Below are positions 1-8,239 of a stretch of DNA of 27,008 nt, piece by piece. The stretch comes from Gemmatimonadota bacterium (GTDB taxonomy: Bacteria; Latescibacterota; UBA2968; UBA8231), in assembly GCA_038128265.1 (NCBI GenBank), contig JAYPJE010000038.1, positions 1 to 27,008 on the forward strand, written 5' to 3'. Under the pieces are notes generated by a model. The model did not search any database, had not been told where the DNA came from, and saw only the letters and a program-made list of their open reading frames with translations. The position numbers and the translations under genes were made by a program. How positions within the stretch are numbered: position 1 is the first letter of the stretch; every line of letters begins with the position of its first letter.

Positions 1-1496
1 TCCGCGGTCTGTGCCGCATCGTCTGCGGCCGTTTCCCGCGCAGCATCGTCCCGCAACACAAACGGTTCGTCGTCTGCGACGAGCGATGCCTCTGGAGGCC
101 GCTCCGGCTCGGTTTCCGGATTGGCAGCAGGCCGCGGACTAGATCCCATACCCTCCATGGCAGCTATCAGCGAGCCAAAGTCGACAGGCGGCACATCCTG
201 ACGGCCCTCGTCGGCCGCAGCGGCCTGTTCCGCAACGACACCGTCTGCAGCCGGCACATCGGCCTCTGCACTACGATCTTCGTCAGCCGCAACCGGTGCA
301 GCGAAAGGCTCGTCGCCCTCGCCGCTGCCGGCAGTCGACGCTGCCGGCGGTGCGTTGGCTCCCTTTAACGCCGACAGCACAGCGGCAAAGGTCTCGCGAT
401 CAAACTCGCCGTGACGTCCGCTAACCGATGGCGGCTGCTCGACAGCAGGCGCGCTGTCACTCGCCTCGGCTTCGCGGGTTTGCTCGACCTCCGTTGCCTC
501 GGTCGGATCGGCTTCCACCTGCTGCGCGGCGGGCACTGCTTCAACTTCCTCCGATTCCTCCTCACCGTCCTCATCAATCTCGGGCATTTGAATGCCGGCC
601 GCCTCGGCGGGCGGGCCGCTCGGCTGCGGCTCAAATATATCGGCGTCTTCCGGAAGGTTATCGGGGGAAAATATAGAGATTTCCTCTTCGGCCTCCCCAC
701 CGTCAGCCCCCTCAGCAGCCGCGTCTTGGGCGGGCTCGTACCGCACCCATCCATCGCCATCATCGCCTGCTGATGCGCCATCGTCGGCGGCATCCGTCTC
801 AGCCAAATCGGAGTCGGCAGCCGATACTACTGGCGCATCGTCACTCGTCTCGTGGGCGGGCGAAGAAACCGGTTCGAACGACGCATTAGGCTGCCGCTCA
901 TCCGCCTCTAAGACAGCGCTTATATCCGGCTCATCGGACCGATCCCCCTGCGGCGATACCTGAGCAAAGGGTTCGTCGGCCTGCTCGCCATCGGCGACCT
1001 CGACGGGATCGCCGTCTGTCGTTTCAGTCGAACTAGCTGCTGCGTCGACAAAAGGCTCCACCGAGGCTCTTTCGTCGCGGCGCGCAGTCTCGAGCCGCAC
1101 CTTGTAGGTCAACTCGTCAACCTGCGACGGCAAATCGTCGGCGAGTGGGTCAAGCTCGGCCGCCTGCTGCAAGCTCTTTAGCGCCAGCGTCGGCACGCCC
1201 AGCTTTTCGTAGATGGCCGACAGGCGGCAATATCCCCGCGGATTGACTGGATCCAGGCGCAGCGATTGATCCATTGCGTCGCGTGCCTGTTCAATAGAAC
1301 CCTGGACCTCGTAGCACTGGGCTAAGACCATGAAACCCGTCGCGTAGTCTGGAAAGTGCTGGCATCCGCGAAGACAGACTTCCAGTGCTTCGTCGGTCTT
1401 GCCTCTCTTAAGATAGAGGTCGGCTAGACGAGCAAAAAGCGGAGATTCTGGATTGCGGCGATAGGCCTTTTCCAGCTTTGCCAATCGATCAGCCAT
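1..1496 (-). CDS. TPR-repeat protein with long acidic low-complexity region (3' end runs off the window)
   Basis: Hand translation from ATG at 1496 is open for 498 codons to the window edge. N-terminus MADRLAKLEKAYRRNPESPLFARLADLYLKRGKTDEALEVCLRGCQHFPDYATGFMVLAQCYEVQGSIEQARDAMDQSLRLDPVN has TPR helical pattern. The rest is D/E/A/P-rich. A promoter lies directly upstream. Absent from the ORF track because there is no stop in the window. Confidence 0.9.
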   Translation of the reverse strand, partial: MADRLAKLEKAYRRNPESPLFARLADLYLKRGKTDEALEVCLRGCQHFPDYATGFMVLAQCYEVQGSIEQARDAMDQSLRLDPVNPRGYCRLSAIYEKLGVPTLALKSLQQAAELDPLADDLPSQVDELTYKVRLETARRDERASVEPFVDAAASSTETTDGDPVEVADGEQADEPFAQVSPQGDRSDEPDISAVLEADERQPNASFEPVSSPAHETSDDAPVVSAADSDLAETDAADDGASAGDDGDGWVRYEPAQDAAAEGADGGEAEEEISIFSPDNLPEDADIFEPQPSGPPAEAAGIQMPEIDEDGEEESEEVEAVPAAQQVEADPTEATEVEQTREAEASDSAPAVEQPPSVSGRHGEFDRETFAAVLSALKGANAPPAASTAGSGEGDEPFAAPVAADEDRSAEADVPAADGVVAEQAAAADEGRQDVPPVDFGSLIAAMEGMGSSPRPAANPETEPERPPEASLVADDEPFVLRDDAARETAADDAAQTA

Positions 1497-1569
1497 GGTG
1501 TCGTGGGGGAGGGCAAGGGGACAAAAATCATCGTTAATTCGCAATCAAATGCCGTGTAGACGAGGTGCT

Positions 1570-1598
1570 ATTCTACGCTCTATACCTAAAAATGTCAA
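1570..1598 (-). promoter_or_regulatory. sigma70-type promoter for the TPR gene
   Basis: Minus strand reads TTGACA (1598-1593), 17-nt spacer, TAGAAT (1575-1570). Confidence 0.75.
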
Positions 1599-1642
1599 GA
1601 GATTAGGCCACTGTAAGATAGGCGTTTAGCGCCATCGGCGCC

Positions 1643-1671
1643 TTGACAAGGAAATCCGCGGCGGCTATCTT
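1643..1671 (+). promoter_or_regulatory. sigma70-type promoter for the tRNA
   Basis: TTGACA (1643-1648), 17-nt spacer, TATCTT (1666-1671), about 20 nt before the tRNA. Confidence 0.75.
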
Positions 1672-1690
1672 TTTCGCCTCGCTATTACGT

Positions 1691-1766
1691 GCGCCTATAG
1701 CTCAGCTGGTAGAGCGGCTGACTCTTAATCAGCGGGTCCTTGGTTCGAGTCCAAGTGGGCGTACCA
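1691..1766 (+). tRNA. tRNA-Lys, anticodon CTT
   Basis: 76-nt cloverleaf: acceptor GCGCCTA/TGGGCGT, D-arm GCTC..GAGC, anticodon arm GCTGA-CTCTTAA-TCAGC (CTT at 1724-1726), T-arm CTTGG-TTCGAGT-CCAAG, encoded ACCA end. Confidence 0.97.
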
Positions 1767-1771
1767 TTTAC

Positions 1772-1805
1772 GGGGGTACAGCAATACGCTGGCCCCCCTT
1801 TTTTT
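1772..1805 (+). terminator. Intrinsic terminator after the tRNA
   Basis: GGGGGTaCAGC-AATAC-GCTGGCCCCC hairpin followed by a 7-T run. Confidence 0.8.
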
Positions 1806-1950
1806 GTCCTAGTCGCCCTGTGCCACTACGCGAGTGTATTTTTCGGCAGATGTAGCATTTTTTGCTTGTTTTTTGGTCTTTTTTATCTTTATTTTAATCC
1901 GTTGAGCCGATTTACGCCTTATGACTTGTCTTTATTCTATCTTTCGTATC

Positions 1951-1959
1951 TGCTAAAAT
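1951..1959 (+). promoter_or_regulatory. Possible extended -10 promoter element for the HDOD gene
   Basis: TGcTAAAAT at the end of a very AT-rich stretch, 15 nt before ATG 1975. No good -35 element. Confidence 0.35.
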
Positions 1960-1974
1960 TAAACCCGCTGACTC

Positions 1975-3336
1975 ATGGGAAAGACCAGTATCGTCGTCCT
2001 CGAAAGCTGCCCGAAGCGCGCAGCGCAATTAGAAACCTTGCTCCGGGATAGTGGGCAGTACGACATCGTCCTGTCTGACTCGCCACGCCAGTTAATGGAC
2101 GCCATAGAAGGCAGAGATGACATCAAGCTGGTCATCACCAACACCAGAATTAGTCGCGATGAGAAAGACGGCGGGAAGTTTATAAAGGCCCTCTATCTGA
2201 AGTATCAGCGCGACAAGATGGCACTCCCTCCCATTATCGTTTGCAGCGCAGAGCAGCGAGGCGAAATCGTTCGCCTATATGCCTATCGATTCTCCGAGCT
2301 GGCGCTAGTGCACTACGTGCTATTGCGCGACGATGAAATCGCAACGGCGGGCGACAAGCTGCTCGATGCCATGCGCCGTTCTATTGATAAGCGCAAAACG
2401 CTCGACAATAGCACGAGCGATGAAGCGCAAAACCATCAGGCGATAAAGGGCCGCTTGAAAGAGACCCTCAAGCAGATTGTCCACCTGCCTGCTCTCTCGA
2501 ACATGGTTGCTCACATGCGAGACGTGCTGAGCGATCCAAAGGTCTCATTTGAAGAGCTGAGCAAGATCATCAATCTGGACATGACGTTAGCGGCCAACTT
2601 GATTAAGCTGGCCAACAGCCCCGCCTATGGCGCATCAGGCAAGATTATGACGGCCGAAGACGCGTGTAAAAAGCTGGGGCTGAAATCCGTTACGAATACC
2701 CTGCTAGCGACCAAGGCCCTGGAAGCCCTCGGCACGCTGCCGATGGATTTCGATATGGAGTCCCTGCGCAGACACAGCTATGCCGTGGGCTCGATTGCAC
2801 GCCTCGTTGCGCGACGCTGCCACGCCTACGGCAATGTGCAGGATCGCATAGACTTTAGCAGCGCCATGTTTTCGGCTGGACTGCTGCACGACATTGGCAA
2901 GGCGCTACTGGCGCAGCACTTTGTCATGGAGGTAGATGAAATCGTTTCGCGCATGCACTCGAACGACTCTTCTATGACGCAGGCGGAGACGGCCGTTCTG
3001 GGTTTTGACCACGCGGATGCAGGGCTGCACGCCAGCATGGAATGGCAGTTCCCAATTCTCCTTATCAACGTCATTGGACGCCATCACTGGCCGCTGGAAA
3101 AAATCCTTCCACGCCTCAAGACCAAACAGGGCCGCCTCGCCCAGCGCGTCATACGCATTGCCGATGCAGCCAGCTATGAACTCGGCTATGGCATGGTGCG
3201 ATCAGACGGTAAGGCCCCCCCCCTACACGACGATTACTTCGAAAAAACGGGCATTGATCGCAGCGAATTCGATAAATGGTGCCCCGAAATGCGCAACGAT
3301 ATATCCTACACATTGGAAACGATGGGAAGCGCGTAG
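1975..3336 (+). CDS. Signalling protein with degenerate receiver domain plus HDOD (HD-related output) domain
   Basis: N-terminal REC-like pattern (IVVLE..KLVITN..DG..PIIVCSA). HDOD motifs LPAL, LIKLANSPAYG, HS, AGLLHDIGK, GFDHADAG, WQFP, IGRHH, IADA. Confidence 0.88.
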   Translation: MGKTSIVVLESCPKRAAQLETLLRDSGQYDIVLSDSPRQLMDAIEGRDDIKLVITNTRISRDEKDGGKFIKALYLKYQRDKMALPPIIVCSAEQRGEIVRLYAYRFSELALVHYVLLRDDEIATAGDKLLDAMRRSIDKRKTLDNSTSDEAQNHQAIKGRLKETLKQIVHLPALSNMVAHMRDVLSDPKVSFEELSKIINLDMTLAANLIKLANSPAYGASGKIMTAEDACKKLGLKSVTNTLLATKALEALGTLPMDFDMESLRRHSYAVGSIARLVARRCHAYGNVQDRIDFSSAMFSAGLLHDIGKALLAQHFVMEVDEIVSRMHSNDSSMTQAETAVLGFDHADAGLHASMEWQFPILLINVIGRHHWPLEKILPRLKTKQGRLAQRVIRIADAASYELGYGMVRSDGKAPPLHDDYFEKTGIDRSEFDKWCPEMRNDISYTLETMGSA

Positions 3337-3695
3337 ACTGCGCCAACGGATTGACCTGATTCCCTGGCTCACATGCCCTCTTGATCTGGAGCAGAACTCG
3401 ATCAGGCAACAAAGACGGCGTATAGGTGCTTCAAGGAATGCTGTAACGAGGTCGCAACATTCTGGGCTTGGATATTAGCCATAAGCGACAGGCGGTATTG
3501 GTAAAGCGATGTGTAACAGCCGTTGTGATCTGTTTACCCATAGCACTTATCTCCACAAGCAAGCGTGTATGGGATCGTTTGTATGATAGGGGCCAAAGGA
3601 AGACGACGGATAGACAACCCCACAGTGCGTTTACTCACCAGATTCAGAATGCCAAACAGGCCGTAGCCCTCACCCATTAGCGGGAAGCAATCGTC

Positions 3696-4661
3696 ATGAA
3701 AGCTGCGCAACTAGTGGCTCCGCGCCGCTGGGATATCATCGACGTAGAGAAGCCGCAGGCCAGCCAAGAACATATGCTGGTGCGCATGGAGCTAGTCGCC
3801 ATATGCGGCAGTGACAAACCCCCATTTGTAGGCGTGCACGAAGACTATCCCCTCGCTCCTGGCGCAACGGGCCACGAGGGCATGGGCATCGTCGAGGCGT
3901 GCCCGTCGGGCCGCTACAGCAAAGGCGATCGCGTGCTGCTGTGGGGGTTTGACCGGGGCCTGTACCAGGAATACGTCCTGGCCACCGACACAGGCGGCTG
4001 CATCCGCTTGCCAATCGACTTGGCCGACGAACAGGTGCTGATGAGCCAACTATTGGGCACCGTTATCCACAGCTTCTACAAGTTGGGCAACATTATCGAT
4101 TGGAAGGTAGCCGTACTAGGCCAGGGGCCGGTGGGTCTGCTCTTCAACGCGGTGCTGCGCAATTTGGGCGCAGGCCAGATCATCGCCATCGATCCACTCG
4201 AATACCGGCTCCAGGTCGCCGAGAAGATGGGAGCAACGCACGCCATCAACTCGTCGCGCGAAGACCCGATTGACACCGTCGCACACATTACCGGCGGCGA
4301 CATGGTCGACCTCGTCGTCGAAGCCGTTGGCCACACCGACACCTTCAACCTCTGCGCCCCCATCGCCCGGCGCAACGCCTATGTCATCTGCTTTGGCGTG
4401 CCCGACAAGGACAGCCACGACGGCGTCGTATCGCTGCAGCTGCGCGATATGTACCGCAAAGAGCTGCGCCTTATCACCTCGATTGGGCCAAACCCCGACC
4501 GCGACTACCGAGTCGCGCTGGATTGGATCGTTCAGCAGCGCATTGACGTCGCGCCCGTCGTGAGCCACGTTCTGCCCTTCGACCAGATTCAGCAGGGCTT
4601 TTCCATGGCCTTTGACGAACCCCAGCAGCATCGCGCGCTCAAAGTGCTACTCGCGTTCTGA
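3696..4661 (+). CDS. Zinc-binding medium-chain (MDR) dehydrogenase, sugar/polyol dehydrogenase-like
   Basis: ICGSD and GHEGMG catalytic-Zn motifs, GDRV, Rossmann GQGPVG, DLVVEAVG. The four-Cys structural-Zn loop is missing. Confidence 0.88.
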   Translation: MKAAQLVAPRRWDIIDVEKPQASQEHMLVRMELVAICGSDKPPFVGVHEDYPLAPGATGHEGMGIVEACPSGRYSKGDRVLLWGFDRGLYQEYVLATDTGGCIRLPIDLADEQVLMSQLLGTVIHSFYKLGNIIDWKVAVLGQGPVGLLFNAVLRNLGAGQIIAIDPLEYRLQVAEKMGATHAINSSREDPIDTVAHITGGDMVDLVVEAVGHTDTFNLCAPIARRNAYVICFGVPDKDSHDGVVSLQLRDMYRKELRLITSIGPNPDRDYRVALDWIVQQRIDVAPVVSHVLPFDQIQQGFSMAFDEPQQHRALKVLLAF

Positions 4662-4676
4662 GCACGTGCCCCGCCT

Positions 4677-5492
4677 TCATAGGGCAAACCACTCGTCGAC
4701 AAAGTGGTACAGACCGTGGAGGTGATCTGTGTGATCGGGCGCGGAATTGCCGGCAAACCCCATGATGCGCAGCCTGCCGCTGCCAGTTTCGCTCAGCTGC
4801 TGCATCCCAAGTGGACCCCATTCAAGCACGGCCCGCCGCGACAGGCCAAGCGCATCGAGCAAATAGTCAGCTGTCTCCGTCGTGCTGGCGAACGTGCCGG
4901 GAAATACTTCGGAATGGGTGATCAGCATGCGGACCTCACCCGCCATCGCGCGACGGGCAAAGCGCACAAAGGGTTCCAGCTGCCCCGCTTCGATTGCACC
5001 CCCTGCTGCCAGCGGACACCCTTCGGGACGATAGCCGCTGTGCAATCCGTCCAGTATCAGCACACCGTCGACTTGCTCGGCCAGCGCCTCTTCTCCGAGA
5101 ATAGCGCGGAGCGCACCGTAGCCCGCGCTGAAGCTGCTCAACCATAGTCCTGTCGCACTACCCGCTGCCGCGCGCAGAGCCGACAGCAGGCGCGCAAACG
5201 CGCCGGGCTCGGCAAAGGGTCGCTCATACGCCGCACTGCCAGCGCCCAACTGCACGCAGGCCAGCGACAGCGGGCTTTTCGCACGCGCCGCAGCATAGTG
5301 GGCGACAAAGGGCGTGCCGTGAAAGTGAACCCACAGCGCAGACGCGTTAGCCGGCGACACGTAGAGCTCAACCGGTCGCGGTAGGATGCCATCAACCGTG
5401 CTCTGCACGCCTGGCCACGTGCGCTCTTTGATCCGCTCGTGCGCCCGCGTGTGCTCCTGCATGGGCGATGGGTTTTGCGGCACGGACGCCAT
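4677..5492 (-). CDS. Hypothetical protein, alpha/beta-hydrolase-like
   Basis: 271-aa ORF filling the gap downstream of msrB. Has VHFHG, nucleophile-elbow-like SFSAGYG, LILDGLH and a C-terminal DHxxHL. Confidence 0.65.
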   Translation of the reverse strand: MASVPQNPSPMQEHTRAHERIKERTWPGVQSTVDGILPRPVELYVSPANASALWVHFHGTPFVAHYAAARAKSPLSLACVQLGAGSAAYERPFAEPGAFARLLSALRAAAGSATGLWLSSFSAGYGALRAILGEEALAEQVDGVLILDGLHSGYRPEGCPLAAGGAIEAGQLEPFVRFARRAMAGEVRMLITHSEVFPGTFASTTETADYLLDALGLSRRAVLEWGPLGMQQLSETGSGRLRIMGFAGNSAPDHTDHLHGLYHFVDEWFAL

Positions 5493-5524
5493 CGACTATT
5501 TCCCTAGCGGCGCCTCGGCTGCGT

Positions 5525-5926
5525 TCAAGCCGAGCGCTCGACAAAGTCGAGCGAAGCAGAGTTCATGCAGTAGCGCAGCCCCGTCGGCGGCGGACCGTCG
5601 GGAAATACATGCCCCAGGTGTGCACTACAGGCGCTGCACACCGTCTCTACGCGCACCATGCCGTGACTGGTATCCGTCTTTTCGGCAATGCAGTCGGCGC
5701 TGATCGGCTGCCAGAAGCTCGGCCACCCCGATCCCGAATCGTATTTGCTCTGCGAGCTGAACAGTTCATTTTCACAGCAGGCACAGCGATACACGCCCAC
5801 GCCCTTGTGGTTCCAGTACTTTCCAGTGAAGGCGGGCTCGGTGCCGCCACAGCGCGCAACGGCGTATTGCTCATCGCTCAGCTGCTGCCGCCATTCGGCG
5901 TCGCTCTTTTCTACTTTGTCTGCCAT
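5525..5926 (-). CDS. msrB: Peptide-methionine (R)-S-oxide reductase
   Basis: [54 protein letters not shown]. Confidence 0.97.
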   Translation of the reverse strand: MADKVEKSDAEWRQQLSDEQYAVARCGGTEPAFTGKYWNHKGVGVYRCACCENELFSSQSKYDSGSGWPSFWQPISADCIAEKTDTSHGMVRVETVCSACSAHLGHVFPDGPPPTGLRYCMNSASLDFVERSA

Positions 5927-6010
5927 ATTCTCTATGCTCCCAATTATGCGTGCTGCGTTATCGCTTCACGCGCGCATGACGCTCTAACTTTCTTCAAGCG
6001 AGGTCTTCAC

Positions 6011-7066
6011 GTGAAGCTCGGACTCGGACTCTACCGCCATCTGCTCGACCGCGACCACTACCAATTTGCCGTTCAGGCCGGCGCCACGCACATCGTAGCC
6101 CACCTCTGCGACTACTTTGCCCACAAAGAACGGGACGGACAGCCCACCGACGAGCGCGGCGGCTGGGGCCGCGCCGGCAGCCCCAAGTGGACGCTCGACG
6201 ACTTGCGCGCCCTCAAGCGCGAAATAAACGACGCCGGCCTCGAACTCGAAGCCATCGAAAACTTCGATCCAGCCCACTGGTACGACGTGCTGCTCGATGG
6301 CCCGCGCAAGGCAGACCAGCTCGAAGACATAAAGATGATGGTACGCAACGTGGGACGCGCCGGCATTCCCATTATCGGCTACAACTTTAGCCTGGCCGGC
6401 GTCTGCTCGCGCGTCTCGCTTCCCGCCGCACGCGGCGCGGCGCTCTCGGCGTGTATGGAGCACGTCGACCAAACGCCGGTGCCCAACGGGACGGTGTGGA
6501 ATATGATCTACGACGAGGAGGCCCCGAGCGGCACCGTGCCGAATATACCGCATGACGAGCTATGGCAACGTCTGGACGCCTTTCTCGAAGCCGTGCTGCC
6601 TGTGGCCGAAGAAGAAGGCGTCAAGCTGGCCGCACACCCGGACGATCCACCCGTGCCCGTGCTGCGCCAGACACCTCGCCTCGTGTACCAACCCCAGCTC
6701 TACCAGCGGCTTCTCGACCTGCGTCCCAGCCCATCTAGCGGCCTCGAGTTTTGCTTGGGATCAATCGCAGAAATGACCGAAAGCGATGTCTATCAGGCCA
6801 CCGAGCAGTACAGTCGCCAAGGCAAAGTATTTTACGTGCACTTTCGCAACGTATCGGGCACTGTACCCAACTACCGCGAGGTATTTGTCGACGAGGGCGA
6901 CATCGATATGATCCGCGTTCTGCGCATACTGCGCGACAACGGCTTTGACGGTGTGCTCATTCCAGACCACACGCCGCAAATGCACTGCGCAGCCCCTTGG
7001 CATGCCGGTATGGCCTTCGCCATGGGCTATATGAAGTCGGCTATGCGCACGGTCCTCGAGGAATGA
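6011..7066 (+). CDS. uxuA: Mannonate dehydratase (UxuA family) sugar-acid dehydratase
   Basis: GYNF, AAHPDDPP, FCLGS, VHFRNV, EVFVDEGDIDM, IPDHTP, AFAMGY motifs. Start reassigned to GTG 6011 (GAGG upstream) because the longer ORF from 5468 overlaps msrB antisense. Exact substrate uncertain. Confidence 0.85.
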   Translation: MKLGLGLYRHLLDRDHYQFAVQAGATHIVAHLCDYFAHKERDGQPTDERGGWGRAGSPKWTLDDLRALKREINDAGLELEAIENFDPAHWYDVLLDGPRKADQLEDIKMMVRNVGRAGIPIIGYNFSLAGVCSRVSLPAARGAALSACMEHVDQTPVPNGTVWNMIYDEEAPSGTVPNIPHDELWQRLDAFLEAVLPVAEEEGVKLAAHPDDPPVPVLRQTPRLVYQPQLYQRLLDLRPSPSSGLEFCLGSIAEMTESDVYQATEQYSRQGKVFYVHFRNVSGTVPNYREVFVDEGDIDMIRVLRILRDNGFDGVLIPDHTPQMHCAAPWHAGMAFAMGYMKSAMRTVLEE

Positions 7067-7664
7067 CGGGGTTCGACGTGCAGACCGACTCAATCGCCGC
7101 ACGCACGCCGCGCTCGATATGGGCCAAGGGGAGCGATGGACACTGCAGGCGCCGCTCTACCAGCGCCTGCTCACTGGCCATTGGCAAGTGCAAAAAACCC
7201 GCACGGCAGGGCCAGTCCCTCTCTTCCAGAAAATGCAGCACCTGATACATAACGTGGTTACACAGGTAGTTGCCCGCGTAGACGTGGGCAATAGCCGCAA
7301 CGCCGGCTTCGCGTATTGCGCAGGCCACCGCTTCGGCGTCTAAGCGTGCGAAATAGGCGGCCGGTCCCTGCGCAATAATAGGCTGTTCACCGCCTTCCTC
7401 GCGTCGCAAATTGAGCGCAATGCGCTCCACCCAAATACACGGTGCCGCCGCAGCCAAGCCCAGCGACAGCACGAGATGCGGTCGTACTTTCTCGATTGCT
7501 GGCAGCACCCGCTCGGTATCGCAGCCAAACACCACGGGGAGAACCAGGCTCTCTACGACGTGCTCGGCTATGCGCGCGCCGTGCAAGGCCTCGGCCACGC
7601 GCATAGCGGGATTGTCAGCAAAGCCATCAAAGGGCTCAAACCCCGTCAAGAGCACCGTGCCCAC
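7041..7664 (-). CDS. pcp: Pyroglutamyl-peptidase I (C15)
   Basis: LLTGFEPF..NP, ERIALN (Glu), AGNYLCN (Cys), GFLHLP (His). GTG start. 3' end overlaps the convergent uxuA by 26 nt. Confidence 0.92.
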   Translation of the reverse strand: MGTVLLTGFEPFDGFADNPAMRVAEALHGARIAEHVVESLVLPVVFGCDTERVLPAIEKVRPHLVLSLGLAAAAPCIWVERIALNLRREEGGEQPIIAQGPAAYFARLDAEAVACAIREAGVAAIAHVYAGNYLCNHVMYQVLHFLEERDWPCRAGFLHLPMASEQALVERRLQCPSLPLAHIERGVRAAIESVCTSNPVIPRGPCA

Positions 7665-7667
7665 GGT

Positions 7668-8165
7668 CTATTTGCGATCCTCGCGCACCGCGCCAGAAAC
7701 CAGCTGATCGTAGCGTCCACCGTAATACATCAGCGGCACGCCCTCACCGGTTTCACCCGCCAACGGCTCGCCAAAAAACAGATCGTGGTCTCCCGCCTCT
7801 ACCACGGTTACTAAGCGGCAGTCCAACCACGCCAGCGCATCGGCCAAAATGGGCGCACCCGTCTCCGACGTCGTTACGGATAGATCGGAAAAATCCTTGG
7901 GGCCAGGCGTGGCAAAGCGGTTGGACAGCGCTTCCTGCTCGAGGCGAAGAATATTGATGGCAAAGCACGATCCCTCGCTTATGTGCTCGTGCATACTGGC
8001 GCCTTTATCTACGCAGACGGCCACTAGCGGTGGATCGAGCGAAAGCGAAATTACGGCATTGGCCGTCATGCCGGAGACCTCTTCTCCATAGCGCGTCGTG
8101 ACGACCGTTACGCCCGTGGCAAAGCGCCCCATTATCTGTCGCTGCTTCATCGCATCAAATGCCAT
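7668..8165 (-). CDS. Flavin reductase family protein
   Basis: MGRFATGVTVVT, GMTANAVISLSLDPPLV, FAINIL, GAPIL, AGDHDLFFG. Confidence 0.93.
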   Translation of the reverse strand: MAFDAMKQRQIMGRFATGVTVVTTRYGEEVSGMTANAVISLSLDPPLVAVCVDKGASMHEHISEGSCFAINILRLEQEALSNRFATPGPKDFSDLSVTTSETGAPILADALAWLDCRLVTVVEAGDHDLFFGEPLAGETGEGVPLMYYGGRYDQLVSGAVREDRK

Positions 8166-8239
8166 GCCTTGTGCTCTCCTCTATAAAAGGGCAATGTGGT
8201 ATCGCCGTATGAATGAATCACCAAACATAAGCCACCGAT

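Noticed and set aside
365..963. Several short ORFs (365-793, 411-773, 428-676, 592-963)
   Set aside because: Alternative-frame or antisense shadows of the TPR/acidic protein gene.
1643..2051. ORFs 1643-1855 and 1740-2051
   Set aside because: They run through the promoter, tRNA and terminator and are not credible proteins.
3468..3680. 70-aa ORF in the intergenic region
   Set aside because: TTG start, no SD and no recognisable features.
1750..3695. Possible genomic island integrated at tRNA-Lys (AT-richer DNA follows it)
   Set aside because: No integrase, and I found no duplicate of the tRNA 3' end by eye. The tRNA has its own terminator.
5468..6010. 181-aa N-terminal extension of the UxuA ORF in the ORF track
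   Set aside because: It lies antisense to the clear msrB gene. Family similarity begins at GTG 6011, which has its own SD-like sequence.
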